Source: an uncultured Myxococcales bacterium
GTDB taxonomy: Bacteria; Myxococcota; B64-G9
DNA: 64,000 bases
NCBI GenBank assembly: GCA_964513625.1
Contig: CAZENH010000001.1
Coordinates: 241,642-305,641, forward strand
Direction of reading: 5' to 3'
Shown: positions 28,030-37,108 of the stretch, in pieces
How positions within the stretch are numbered: the stretch's first letter is position 1
Layout of the letters: each line of letters opens with the position of its first letter
Program-made: the position numbers and the translations under genes
Notes under the pieces: model-generated
What the model was told of the DNA's origin: nothing
The model's database searches: none
What the model saw: the letters and a program-made list of their open reading frames with translations, nothing else

Positions 28030-29679
28030 TTGGCTCAATTGCAACGCGTTTGCATCTTTCAATGGTCTTGGAGGGCAGCCAGATTGGTCGAGATCATCGT
28101 CGATCGTAAGCGGGCGGTGCACGAGAAGAGACGCTGGGTCAGGCTGACCCGCACCTGTAACAACCACTGCCTCTTCTGTCTCGATTCCGGAATTGTCGGC
28201 GAGAAAATACGGGCAGTCGACGAGATCCGCGCCGAGATCGACGAGGGACGCAGAGATGGTTGCGAACGCCTGATTTTGTCCGGTGGAGAACCCACGCTGC
28301 ACCCGGATTACCTGGATCTGGTTGCCTATGGCGCCGGGCTGGGTTACAGCTGGGTGCAGACAGTGTCCAATGGCCGCATGTTTTCATATTCTTCGTTTGC
28401 CGCTCGCGCAGTCAAATCAGGGCTTTGTGAAGCCACTTTCTCCATGCATGGACACGAAGCGAAACTGCACGACCGCCTAGTGGGAGTAAAAGGTGCTTTC
28501 GATCAAGCCATCAAGGGAATGGACAACCTCAGGAATCTCGGGATCGTTGTCAACGTCGATATTGTTCTGACCGGCCTGAATGCTGAGCAACTACCAGAAA
28601 TAGTCGAGTATTTCATGCAATCCGGGGTGCGCGAATTCGACTTGCTGTGGATGGTGCCTTTCGGCTCGGCCTGGCGGAACAGGCACGAACTGTTTCTGGA
28701 ACCGGAATCGGCCTTGCCGCGCTTACATGAAGCCATACGGCGTGCCAGGGCCGCCGGCGCCGTGGTCTGGACGAATCGCCTGCCGCCGCCGTTGCTGGAA
28801 GGACACGAGGATCTCATACAGGATCCCCACAAGCTTCACGATGAAGTTCGCGGTCGGTTGCCCGAATACATGGAATTGATCTCGAGCGGGGAGCCCTTGA
28901 GATGCAATCAACCCGAGAGGTGCCGTCAGTGTCCCATGGAGGGGTTCTGCCGGTCCCTCGAGAGCCTATTGTGCGAGACTGCCGAAGGCGGGCCGACTTC
29001 ACTAAGCGTCAATGCTGACTGCCAGATTGAATCCGGGATGAAAAAACTACTTGCCGGTTCCTCACGACTGCGAATCCACGCCCGGGATCAAAAAAGACTC
29101 GCTGAATTCATCGGATCCCTGGAATTGGACGGACAAGCTCTCATACTGGTTCTCGATTTCATACCGGATAGCGATGGGCTGGATTTCATTGCTGGATTGG
29201 GAGAAAATGTAGTCAGGATGGCCTCCGGTGTTCCAGATGTGTTGGAGGCGATACTGGCCGGGTGGCCGGGTGAAGTCGAGGTCATGCTGAACCGGGCGAC
29301 TGAAGACTGGGTTGCCGAGAGAATAGATTTTATTTGCTTACAGACAGATCGCTTGCTGTTTTCTGCGGAACCCATTGCAACTAATCCTGCTGAAGCTCTA
29401 AGGCCACTTGCAAGATACGGCATACGCTTACTGAATCTTCCGCGATGCCTCCTTGCCGGTGCAGTGTCAGTTGACGAGACCGAGCCTGTGGCTGTCGAGG
29501 CTGTAATGGGGCTTGCCGCGGGAGAGTTGGCAGCCTTCACCGAACATTACATCAGTCATTGCCACAGGACATACTCTTTGCGGTGCAAAAACTGTCAGTG
29601 GTGTGCGTCATGTAAGGGTCTACCCGTGAATATGATTCGCGCCCATGGTTTTGACGCTCTGTGTCATCCATCCACCTGA
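28030..29679 (+). CDS. radical SAM protein with C-terminal Cys-rich segments
   Basis: RLTRTCNNHCLFCLDSG. C-terminal CNQPERCRQCPMEGFC and CKNCQWCASC. The start could instead be TTG 28084, which is preceded by GGAGGG. Confidence 0.7.
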   Translation: MAQLQRVCIFQWSWRAARLVEIIVDRKRAVHEKRRWVRLTRTCNNHCLFCLDSGIVGEKIRAVDEIRAEIDEGRRDGCERLILSGGEPTLHPDYLDLVAYGAGLGYSWVQTVSNGRMFSYSSFAARAVKSGLCEATFSMHGHEAKLHDRLVGVKGAFDQAIKGMDNLRNLGIVVNVDIVLTGLNAEQLPEIVEYFMQSGVREFDLLWMVPFGSAWRNRHELFLEPESALPRLHEAIRRARAAGAVVWTNRLPPPLLEGHEDLIQDPHKLHDEVRGRLPEYMELISSGEPLRCNQPERCRQCPMEGFCRSLESLLCETAEGGPTSLSVNADCQIESGMKKLLAGSSRLRIHARDQKRLAEFIGSLELDGQALILVLDFIPDSDGLDFIAGLGENVVRMASGVPDVLEAILAGWPGEVEVMLNRATEDWVAERIDFICLQTDRLLFSAEPIATNPAEALRPLARYGIRLLNLPRCLLAGAVSVDETEPVAVEAVMGLAAGELAAFTEHYISHCHRTYSLRCKNCQWCASCKGLPVNMIRAHGFDALCHPST

Positions 29680-29718
29680 ATTATTTTTTGCCTGTATCTG
29701 TCAACCATATGAGATCCT

Positions 29719-32700
29719 GTGCTAGAATTGCTGAAACAAGGTCAGGAGCAAAAATTCATGAAAGCCAAGAATGTCACGCTGGTTTTAGCCGGAGTTCTTG
29801 TTCTTGGGTCGTTTGTGGGATGCTCCAGCGATACTACTCCCCCCGACGACGGGAGCATCTTGTGCTCGGAGGACAATGATTGTCCCTACGGAACGTTTTG
29901 TTCGGACGGAGTCTGCCGGACGACTTCGGTGCCATGCGACGAGGCTGATTCGTGCCCCCCAGGCTCGGTTTGCCGTAACGGTGCTTGTGTGGTGGAGGGG
30001 ACCGATGGAGGAATAGACGGCGACGGGGGAGATGGTGGCGAAGGCGAACAGTCGCCCAAGCCTGATATAGTAGTGCTGAGCCCTCCGCTAAGCGGAGATC
30101 CTCCAGTATACCAGGTTAACTTCGGCAACGTCCTGGTAGGGGAGACGGTTGGCAAGCAGATCGAACTCAGCAACGACGGTGACGCCGATCTGCAGATCAT
30201 CCAACTCAACTTCGAGGCGGGATCAGACGCCGATGATTTCAGTATTGATGAGGACCAGCTGAACTCACTGCCGATCGTGGTACCGCCCGGCGAAAGCACG
30301 ATCCTCGATGTGCTCTATACGGCAACGGATGGGCTTACCGATCATGCCGTTTTGGATATCATTTCCAACGACCCGGACGAGCCGTTAGTACAGATCCACC
30401 TGCTTTCTGAATTCAAGGGCGAGGCCTTCGCGTCGGTCAATCCGACCTCGTTGGAGTTTGGTGATATTCCCGTCGGGGACAGCAGCCAGCCGCTTTCTTT
30501 CCTGGTCTCGAACCAAGGAACGGGCAACGCCGTCCTGCAGGTTGAGGACATACGATTCGGCATAATGTCCAACCCCGATTTCGATTTGCAGGTTACGGAT
30601 GCCGCAAGTCAAGGGGTTGTGCCGCCGGTCTTCGTCAACAACGGAGAATTCTTACAAGTTGATGTCACCTATCACCCGCAACTTCGTGAAGACGATGCAG
30701 ACGAGGTTATCGTGGTGAGCGACGATGTTGTCCATCCATCGCTTTCTGTGGCGATTGCGGGCCGCGGAGTGCTGGGAGACCTGAATGTCCAGCCCAGTCC
30801 GGTAGACGTCGGCAAGGTACGCGTAGGCCAACATGGCGAGCTGATCGTGACGCTGTCCAATTCGGGAGGTGCGCCTTTTTCGATTAGCGGCGTCAATATT
30901 GCAGACGTAAGTCAGGAATGGACTCTTTCGAGCAGCGATCTCGATCTGGCCGACCTGGGAAACAATCCCAAACAACTGGCGCCCGCCGAGTCGGTGACGG
31001 TATTGCTGGGCTTCGACCCGGAAGACGTCGGACAAGAGCTTGGCACTCTGGTGATAGATAACACGACCGAAGAGCCTCAGCGCCAGGTCGCCATGCAGGC
31101 AAACGGCTTCATCCCGCCCTCCGTCCAGACGACACCCGATCCGGCCGTGCTGCTGTTCGGTAACGTCCAGATGGATTTTGGCAGTGGCGCGAAGGAGATC
31201 GCTCAACTGGACGTGCTAATCAAGAACGTGGGAGGGGAAGACCTCATCATCTCCAATATCCAGCGTGCAGGAACCACCAGCCCTGAGTACACGTTCGAGC
31301 CGGACCAATTCGGGTCGATTGCACCCGACGTCGAGTTGCCCTTGCGAGTGACTTTCACGCCGATGGATCTTGGCTCGGAGAACGGCGCCTTGATACTCGA
31401 TACGAATGATCCCGATATCGAACTGGATGGCGTGACCGGGCGCTTCAAGATTGACTTGTTGGCTAACGGCATCGATCCAAACATTTTCGTGTCTCCCGCG
31501 GCGGCCTATAATTTCGGCGATGTGTACGTCGGTCGACAGGCTTTGAAAGATATTTCCATTCGCAACGCGGGAACGGGGCCACTCGAGGTGACGGCCATAG
31601 ATCTTACCGCGGGTAGCTCACCGGACTTCGAGCTCTTCAACCTGCCCGCGCTGCCGATGGTGCTTTCGAACACATCGATAGAGGTCATCTTTCAGGTCGG
31701 CTACACGCCCGACCTATTGGGGCCGGACAGCGGCGCCATCCAGATCGAGTCTTCGGACATCGGTCGTCCCGACGGTGTGACAATCGACCTGGCGGGCAAC
31801 GGTGCCGGTTGCCCGGCCGGGGCCATCGACTGCGACGGCGACCCGCAGAACGGCTGTGAGCGCCCTTGTGTACCGAGCGGCGTCGAACAGTGCAACTACA
31901 TAGACGACGACTGCGACTGCGACACAGACGAAGATTTCGACACGCAAAACGATCCCCAGAACTGCGGCAACTGCGGGAACGTCTGTAGCTATCCCTATGG
32001 AGTGCCGGCCTGCAACGGCGGTAGTTGCGAACTGCTGCATTGCCTCGATGGTTACGATGACTGCAACGGATTCGACCTGGACGGCTGCGAAAAAAATACC
32101 GACACTGACGTGCAAAACTGCGGATCATGCGATAACGCCTGCCAGTTCGACCATGCGGGTGCAAGTTGCCTGGCCGGGACCTGCGTCATGGGTAGTTGTA
32201 ATACAGGTTATCTAGACTGCAACTCGAGCGACGTGGACGGCTGCGAGGCTGACATATTCTTTGATGAGTTGAACTGCAGCGGGTGCGGTGTCCGATGCAC
32301 TTTTGCCAACGGCAACGGTATTTGTTCAGGAGGTAACTGTTTCCTGGATTCGTGCATAGCCGGCTATGATGACTGTGACAACCAGGACGGCAACGGCTGC
32401 GAGGTAGACTTGTTGACCGATCCCAACAACTGCAGCTTCTGTAACAATGTTTGCCCGGGAAGCGTGGGGACGCCCGTATGTAACAATGGCAGCTGTGATG
32501 TTTCTTCATGCAATCCCGGGCTGGCGGAGTGTATATCGGGAGACGGCCAGCCTTGCGAGACGAACATCTGGGCCGATCCAAACAATTGCAACGGCTGCGA
32601 CATAGTCTGCTCTCTGGATCACGCTACGGCAGACTGCTCGAATGGAAGCTGCATTGTGGACACGTGCGATTCGGGTTATGGCGATTGCGACAGCCTGGAC

Positions 32701-33375
32701 GGCAACGGCTGCGAGACGGAACTTACAATCGATCCAATAAACTGCGGTTTTTGCGGCAATGTTTGCACCTATGACAATGCTCAGGCGGGCTGCGCCAGTT
32801 CGTTATGCTTCATGGGAGCTTGCGACGCAGGATACTACAACATAGACAACAACCCGGGAAACGGATGCGAGTGTGCCGAAGATGGATTTGCAGATATTTG
32901 CGACGACGCGCTGATTACAGACCTGGGTTCGCTGGCCAGCGGCTCATCGGTTCAGATCACCGGCAACCTGATCCCGGCGCCTGCCGACGAGGACTGGTTC
33001 ACTTTCAGTGCGGCTGATAACAACAGCTCCGACCTTGTAAACGGATTTGACAACTACCACTTGCACATTTACTTCGACTCGGTCGGTGGAAATCCATCAA
33101 ACCAGTATGTTTTTCAGGTCTATCGCAACACGAACGTCAGTGCTCAATGCGCCCAGAAAGGAAATCCGGTTTGCTCCGGCGAGTATCTCGAGTATGACCA
33201 TGACTACTACAACGAGTGTTCGGTTGGCACCGCCCATCAGTGTCGCTCCACGGCCAGCGGCCCAGGAGCATGTTATTGTGTCAACAATACTGCCCGTTAC
33301 TGGCTGCGCGTAGAGCGGGCAGGTTCTACCGTAACCTGCGCTCCATACCTGATTAACATCGACTTCACTCAGTAG
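29719..33375 (+). CDS. giant lipoprotein (1218 aa) with repeated beta-sandwich (choice-of-anchor/HYDIN-like) modules, Myxococcus-type Cys-rich repeats and a C-terminal pre-peptidase-like module
   Basis: Lipobox MKAKNVTLVLAGVLVLGSFVGCSS. Repeated ...FGxVxVGxxxxxxxxLSNxGxAxLxI... modules. CNGGSCELLHCLDGYDDCNGFDLDGCE...NCGSCDNAC repeats. Confidence 0.6.
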   Translation: MLELLKQGQEQKFMKAKNVTLVLAGVLVLGSFVGCSSDTTPPDDGSILCSEDNDCPYGTFCSDGVCRTTSVPCDEADSCPPGSVCRNGACVVEGTDGGIDGDGGDGGEGEQSPKPDIVVLSPPLSGDPPVYQVNFGNVLVGETVGKQIELSNDGDADLQIIQLNFEAGSDADDFSIDEDQLNSLPIVVPPGESTILDVLYTATDGLTDHAVLDIISNDPDEPLVQIHLLSEFKGEAFASVNPTSLEFGDIPVGDSSQPLSFLVSNQGTGNAVLQVEDIRFGIMSNPDFDLQVTDAASQGVVPPVFVNNGEFLQVDVTYHPQLREDDADEVIVVSDDVVHPSLSVAIAGRGVLGDLNVQPSPVDVGKVRVGQHGELIVTLSNSGGAPFSISGVNIADVSQEWTLSSSDLDLADLGNNPKQLAPAESVTVLLGFDPEDVGQELGTLVIDNTTEEPQRQVAMQANGFIPPSVQTTPDPAVLLFGNVQMDFGSGAKEIAQLDVLIKNVGGEDLIISNIQRAGTTSPEYTFEPDQFGSIAPDVELPLRVTFTPMDLGSENGALILDTNDPDIELDGVTGRFKIDLLANGIDPNIFVSPAAAYNFGDVYVGRQALKDISIRNAGTGPLEVTAIDLTAGSSPDFELFNLPALPMVLSNTSIEVIFQVGYTPDLLGPDSGAIQIESSDIGRPDGVTIDLAGNGAGCPAGAIDCDGDPQNGCERPCVPSGVEQCNYIDDDCDCDTDEDFDTQNDPQNCGNCGNVCSYPYGVPACNGGSCELLHCLDGYDDCNGFDLDGCEKNTDTDVQNCGSCDNACQFDHAGASCLAGTCVMGSCNTGYLDCNSSDVDGCEADIFFDELNCSGCGVRCTFANGNGICSGGNCFLDSCIAGYDDCDNQDGNGCEVDLLTDPNNCSFCNNVCPGSVGTPVCNNGSCDVSSCNPGLAECISGDGQPCETNIWADPNNCNGCDIVCSLDHATADCSNGSCIVDTCDSGYGDCDSLDGNGCETELTIDPINCGFCGNVCTYDNAQAGCASSLCFMGACDAGYYNIDNNPGNGCECAEDGFADICDDALITDLGSLASGSSVQITGNLIPAPADEDWFTFSAADNNSSDLVNGFDNYHLHIYFDSVGGNPSNQYVFQVYRNTNVSAQCAQKGNPVCSGEYLEYDHDYYNECSVGTAHQCRSTASGPGACYCVNNTARYWLRVERAGSTVTCAPYLINIDFTQ

Positions 33376-33387
33376 TAACACCATCCC

Positions 33388-33416
33388 TTGACAGGCGACT
33401 TCCGACAAACTAGGTT
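33388..33416 (+). promoter_or_regulatory. candidate sigma-70-like promoter TTGACA-17-TAGGTT upstream of the hxs-like operon
   Basis: Hexamers read directly. An AAGGGAG SD at 33441-33447 precedes ATG 33458. Confidence 0.4.
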
Positions 33417-33457
33417 TGAGCGGTTGTCGCCATGCCAAGCAAGGGAGTGCCTGTACC

Positions 33458-33883
33458 ATGGACACGAGAATAGAGGCCGTAAAAAATCGCGTTTTATGTG
33501 AAATTGACGAGAAGGTTTTCCCCCGCGGGGTTGTGGTCAGCACCGCCTACCTGTTTTTAGAACGCTGCTACGTGCGTCTTGAGTCGGCGCCCAAGGGACG
33601 CATAGTCGTCCAATTAAAGGGCAAACGTAAGACAGCCAAGGCACGGCTGCAGACCCTGGCTGATGAGTTCGGCAACGAGTTGATGCACCAGTTGATGCGC
33701 GACCAAGTCGCCGAGAAAACCAACGGGTTGCGGGAAATCCTGGTTGGGCGGGCGCTGCTTTCGGCCGTGCCGGCAGGGGAAGAGGGTTCTTTAGCTGAAT
33801 CCGAGGAAGAGCAGGATTACCTCGACGATCCCCTGGGGATCGCCGTTCCCTGGGAAGAGAAATATGGCGACGAAGAACAATAG
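33458..33883 (+). CDS. small HxsD-like protein, paralog 1 (141 aa from ATG 33458), with an acidic C-terminal tail
   Basis: It aligns to the next ORF: FPRGVV...VRLESAPKGRIVVQL...TAKA...LADEFGNEL against YPRQAL...IEFSKEGSKTIVNF...VAAKVPDEFTNFAL. SD-supported start. The track's 33416 start adds 14 unlikely residues. Confidence 0.4.
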   Translation: MDTRIEAVKNRVLCEIDEKVFPRGVVVSTAYLFLERCYVRLESAPKGRIVVQLKGKRKTAKARLQTLADEFGNELMHQLMRDQVAEKTNGLREILVGRALLSAVPAGEEGSLAESEEEQDYLDDPLGIAVPWEEKYGDEEQ

Positions 33884-34112
33884 CCGCCTTGCAGGAGAAG
33901 CCAAGGCTACACTCAGGCTCGATTTGGCTTTCTACCCCCGGCAGGCGCTTGACAGGGCCAGGGAAGCCTTCTCCAAACTTGCTGACATCGAGTTTAGCAA
34001 GGAAGGATCGAAAACGATTGTCAACTTCAGCCATATGCGGACCGGTGTCGCGGCGAAGGTGCCCGACGAATTTACGAATTTCGCGTTGGCCTGCACGGTG
34101 TCCGGACAATGA
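33864..34112 (+). CDS. small HxsD-like protein, paralog 2 (82 aa)
   Basis: Paralogous to 33458..33883. ATGA translational coupling into the downstream rSAM. Its position and size fit the small partner protein of His-Xaa-Ser systems as I remember it. Confidence 0.45.
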   Translation: MATKNNSRLAGEAKATLRLDLAFYPRQALDRAREAFSKLADIEFSKEGSKTIVNFSHMRTGVAAKVPDEFTNFALACTVSGQ

Positions 34113-35590
34113 AGGCGTTTCGCATTCCCGAGGTTCATAGCCAGAAACTCATGCCGCTACGCTTTCGTGAACTCGATGGGCGAGTGTTGCTGACCAACGA
34201 CGCCGGAGAGCACGTCTGGCTCGAACGCGACGAGTTCGGAGATTTCCTGGCCGGAACACTCGCCGAAGACGGTCCAATATTCGGCAAGCTTCAGAAGAAC
34301 AATTTCGTTCGCCAGCCGGACAGCGAGAAGGCGGTTATGGATAAGCTGCACCGGCGCAGCGACCACCTCTTGCAGGGTCCCAACTTGCATATCGTCATCT
34401 TGACACTGCGCTGCAACCAGAACTGCGTATACTGCCATGCCAGTCGCAAGCCGCAGAAAAGCAAGGGCTTCGATATGAGTATCGAGACGGCCGCGCGTGT
34501 TCTGGACGTGATTTTTCAAAGTCCCTCGGATGAGTTGACCATCGAGTTCCAGGGAGGGGAGCCGGCCTTGAACTTCGATGTATTGAGATATTTCGTCGAA
34601 GAAGCCTATCGCAGGAACAAGGACGTAGGGCGACAGCTATACTTCAGCCTGGTAAGCAACCTGAGCGCGTTGAATCAAGAGCAGATTGACTTCCTGGTAG
34701 ACAACGGGGTGATGGTCTGTACCTCTATTGACGGGCCTCAGGAGCTTCACGATCACAATCGGCGTTTTTCCAAGAAGAGCAGCTACCTGGAAGCACTGGG
34801 AAGGATCGAGCAGTTCAACGAAGCCTATCGCAAGCGTGAACTCGACCCCGAGTTGGCCTACGTCAACGCCTTGGCCACCGTTTCGCGCTCTGCGCTTGCC
34901 GACCCTAAAGCACTGGTCGACGAGTACGTGCGCTTGGGCCACAAGGTTGTTCACCTGCGGCCGCTAAACCCTTTCGGAATGGGACTCAAAATATGGTCTC
35001 GCGAGGGCTACACGGCTGGGGAGTTTCTGAAGTTCTACGAGCAGGCGCTGGATTACATAATCGAGCTTAACAAGCAGGGCGTCGAGATCATGGAGAAGAT
35101 GGCGTCGATCATGTTGACTCGCATTTTGACCGACGAGAACCCCAACTACATGGATCTGCGTTCTCCTTGCGGGGCCGGCCTGGGCCAGCTTGCTTACAAC
35201 CACGACGGTCGGGTGTATACCTGTGACGAGGGGCGAATGGTTGGGGCCATGGGAGATGACCTCTTTTGCATCGGGGACGTCCACCAGGATGGTTATTCGG
35301 ATATTATCCAGCACCAGGGAGTGCGCACATTGTGTGTGGCCTCTTGCATCGAGGGACTGCCTGGCTGTTCGGATTGCGCCTACGTTCCTTATTGCGGCGT
35401 CTGCCCGGTCTACAACTACATAATGGAAGGCGACCTGGTTGCGCGAAGCTCCTCAAATGATCGTTGCCGCATCCAGAAGGGTATGCTCGACATGCTTTTC
35501 TTGCGTCTGCGCGAGCCCGGCCTTCATGATCTTCTGAGCCGCTGGACCGAAACCAAGGACCGTTCAAGCGTCTACAGCAGGAAAACCTGA
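34109..35590 (+). CDS. radical SAM/SPASM maturase (HxsB/HxsC-like), ~100-aa N-terminal extension
   Basis: LRCNQNCVYCHA. C-terminal SPASM-like CGAGLGQ...TCDEG...CVASC...CSDCAYVPYCGVCP. Confidence 0.8.
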   Translation: MKAFRIPEVHSQKLMPLRFRELDGRVLLTNDAGEHVWLERDEFGDFLAGTLAEDGPIFGKLQKNNFVRQPDSEKAVMDKLHRRSDHLLQGPNLHIVILTLRCNQNCVYCHASRKPQKSKGFDMSIETAARVLDVIFQSPSDELTIEFQGGEPALNFDVLRYFVEEAYRRNKDVGRQLYFSLVSNLSALNQEQIDFLVDNGVMVCTSIDGPQELHDHNRRFSKKSSYLEALGRIEQFNEAYRKRELDPELAYVNALATVSRSALADPKALVDEYVRLGHKVVHLRPLNPFGMGLKIWSREGYTAGEFLKFYEQALDYIIELNKQGVEIMEKMASIMLTRILTDENPNYMDLRSPCGAGLGQLAYNHDGRVYTCDEGRMVGAMGDDLFCIGDVHQDGYSDIIQHQGVRTLCVASCIEGLPGCSDCAYVPYCGVCPVYNYIMEGDLVARSSSNDRCRIQKGMLDMLFLRLREPGLHDLLSRWTETKDRSSVYSRKT

Positions 35591-35614
35591 GTTCATTAAA
35601 CCAGGAGACGGCGT

Positions 35615-37054
35615 ATGCCGAAAACCGGGGACGATATCCGCGCATTGTTCTCGGCGACCTCGGGTGAATGGGAGATCGCAGAGCTTCAGCGCGGACTTGC
35701 CAGTTTGCTGCTTTGTATCCGCGCCTCCAGCCCGCCCGATCGTGAGGTCACACTTTGGATAACGCCCCGTAACGATTCCGAGCCTGCTTTCGGACGCACC
35801 AAGCGCTTCAATATTGCCCTGCGTGGCGAGGGATATTCACAAGCCGAATGCGATCTGGCGGCGGCGGTCATCAAGCAGATCTCAGCACAAGAAATGGATT
35901 TTCCCGAGATTAGTCTGAGCATGCCACCTGCACTCGGCCTGCATTCACTGGTGCTCAACGTTTCTAATCGTTGCAACCTCAAGTGTCGCTTCTGTTTCGA
36001 AGACAAATCGAGGCGCACGGCCCCAATGCCGAGCCTTCAGGAGATACGCAGGACGTTTGAAAATGACGATCCATCGAAAGTAAGAAATGTGATGTTCATG
36101 TCCGGTGAGACCGTGCTGAGAAAGGATGCGCTTGCCCTGGTTGGAATGGCCCACGAGATGGGATACGCGAATATAGGGTTGGCTACCAACGGCACTTATT
36201 TCACGAGCAAGGAAAGGCTTGAGCCATTTCTGCAAGCGGGCCTGAATGGCCTGGAGCTTTCGATTCATTCAATGAGCCCGGAACATGCCAGCTATCTCTC
36301 GGGCAGGTCATTTACACCCCTGAAGCAGCGCCAGTGCCTGGAGGTAGTCGACACACTAACTGGTGAATACCCGCTGCATAGCACGATCAACACGGTCATC
36401 AACTCGGTGAATGTCGGAGATTTTCTCGATCTGGTGGGCATCATTGAACGGGATTTTCCCAGGATAAGACCGACCTATCATGTCAAATACACAGAGGCGA
36501 TTGAGAAGATCAGAGACAGAATCAAGATTGCCAGTTGGCCGGAAATCCGGAAAGCCGGTATTGTACGCGAGTTGCCTGAAGAAATTCACCCTCGTATTAA
36601 TTTCGAGAATTTTCCGCTTTGCACCATTTCGCCTTGCTACTACCTCAGCTCAAACCTTATTAGCTTCCTTGTTTCCGATGCCTACAGCTACTTCAATCCG
36701 GGTGACAATGAGAATTTGGTCACCGCCGATGCATTCAGATCCAGAAAAACCTGTTTCGCCGACGAGTGCGCTAGCTGCAACCTCCAGTTTCTCTGTTGTG
36801 GAATGAGTAAAGCCTATTTGGATTTATTTGGTAGTTTGGGGCATTGTGCCCCTCAAGATGCCGAAGCGCATCAGGTGCTCAAACGAGCCATCGAATTTCG
36901 CAAAGAGAACAAGCTGGACTATTCGAGCGAGATCGAACAGAAAATTGGAGATACCATCGGTCTCCTGCGGCGGATTTTACGCGCCAGAATGCAGTCTGGT
37001 CTCGGCCGATCATCAGTTGGGGAGGATGCAATTTTGCGTCAAATACTACCTTGA
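35615..37054 (+). CDS. second radical SAM/SPASM-twitch maturase (HxsB/HxsC-like), ~118-aa N-terminal extension
   Basis: SNRCNLKCRFCFEDK. C-terminal CFADECASCNLQFLCCG. AGGAGA SD. Confidence 0.75.
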   Translation: MPKTGDDIRALFSATSGEWEIAELQRGLASLLLCIRASSPPDREVTLWITPRNDSEPAFGRTKRFNIALRGEGYSQAECDLAAAVIKQISAQEMDFPEISLSMPPALGLHSLVLNVSNRCNLKCRFCFEDKSRRTAPMPSLQEIRRTFENDDPSKVRNVMFMSGETVLRKDALALVGMAHEMGYANIGLATNGTYFTSKERLEPFLQAGLNGLELSIHSMSPEHASYLSGRSFTPLKQRQCLEVVDTLTGEYPLHSTINTVINSVNVGDFLDLVGIIERDFPRIRPTYHVKYTEAIEKIRDRIKIASWPEIRKAGIVRELPEEIHPRINFENFPLCTISPCYYLSSNLISFLVSDAYSYFNPGDNENLVTADAFRSRKTCFADECASCNLQFLCCGMSKAYLDLFGSLGHCAPQDAEAHQVLKRAIEFRKENKLDYSSEIEQKIGDTIGLLRRILRARMQSGLGRSSVGEDAILRQILP

Positions 37055-37080
37055 CATTGTTAGGAAACAGCAGCTAGAAT
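37051..37080 (+). promoter_or_regulatory. candidate strong sigma-70-like promoter TTGACA-18-TAGAAT in front of the precursor gene
   Basis: TTGACAttgttaggaaacagcagcTAGAAT overlaps the stop of the upstream rSAM gene. A GGAGG SD at 37097-37101 sits 7 nt before ATG 37109. Confidence 0.45.
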
Positions 37081-37108
37081 AAGAAAGTGAATCGGCGGAG
37101 GGCTTTAC

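Noticed and set aside
31685-32164. Arg-rich 159-aa minus-strand ORF and similar ORFs inside the lipoprotein gene 29719..33375
   Set aside because: These are compositional artefacts of GC-rich antisense frames and have no start signals.
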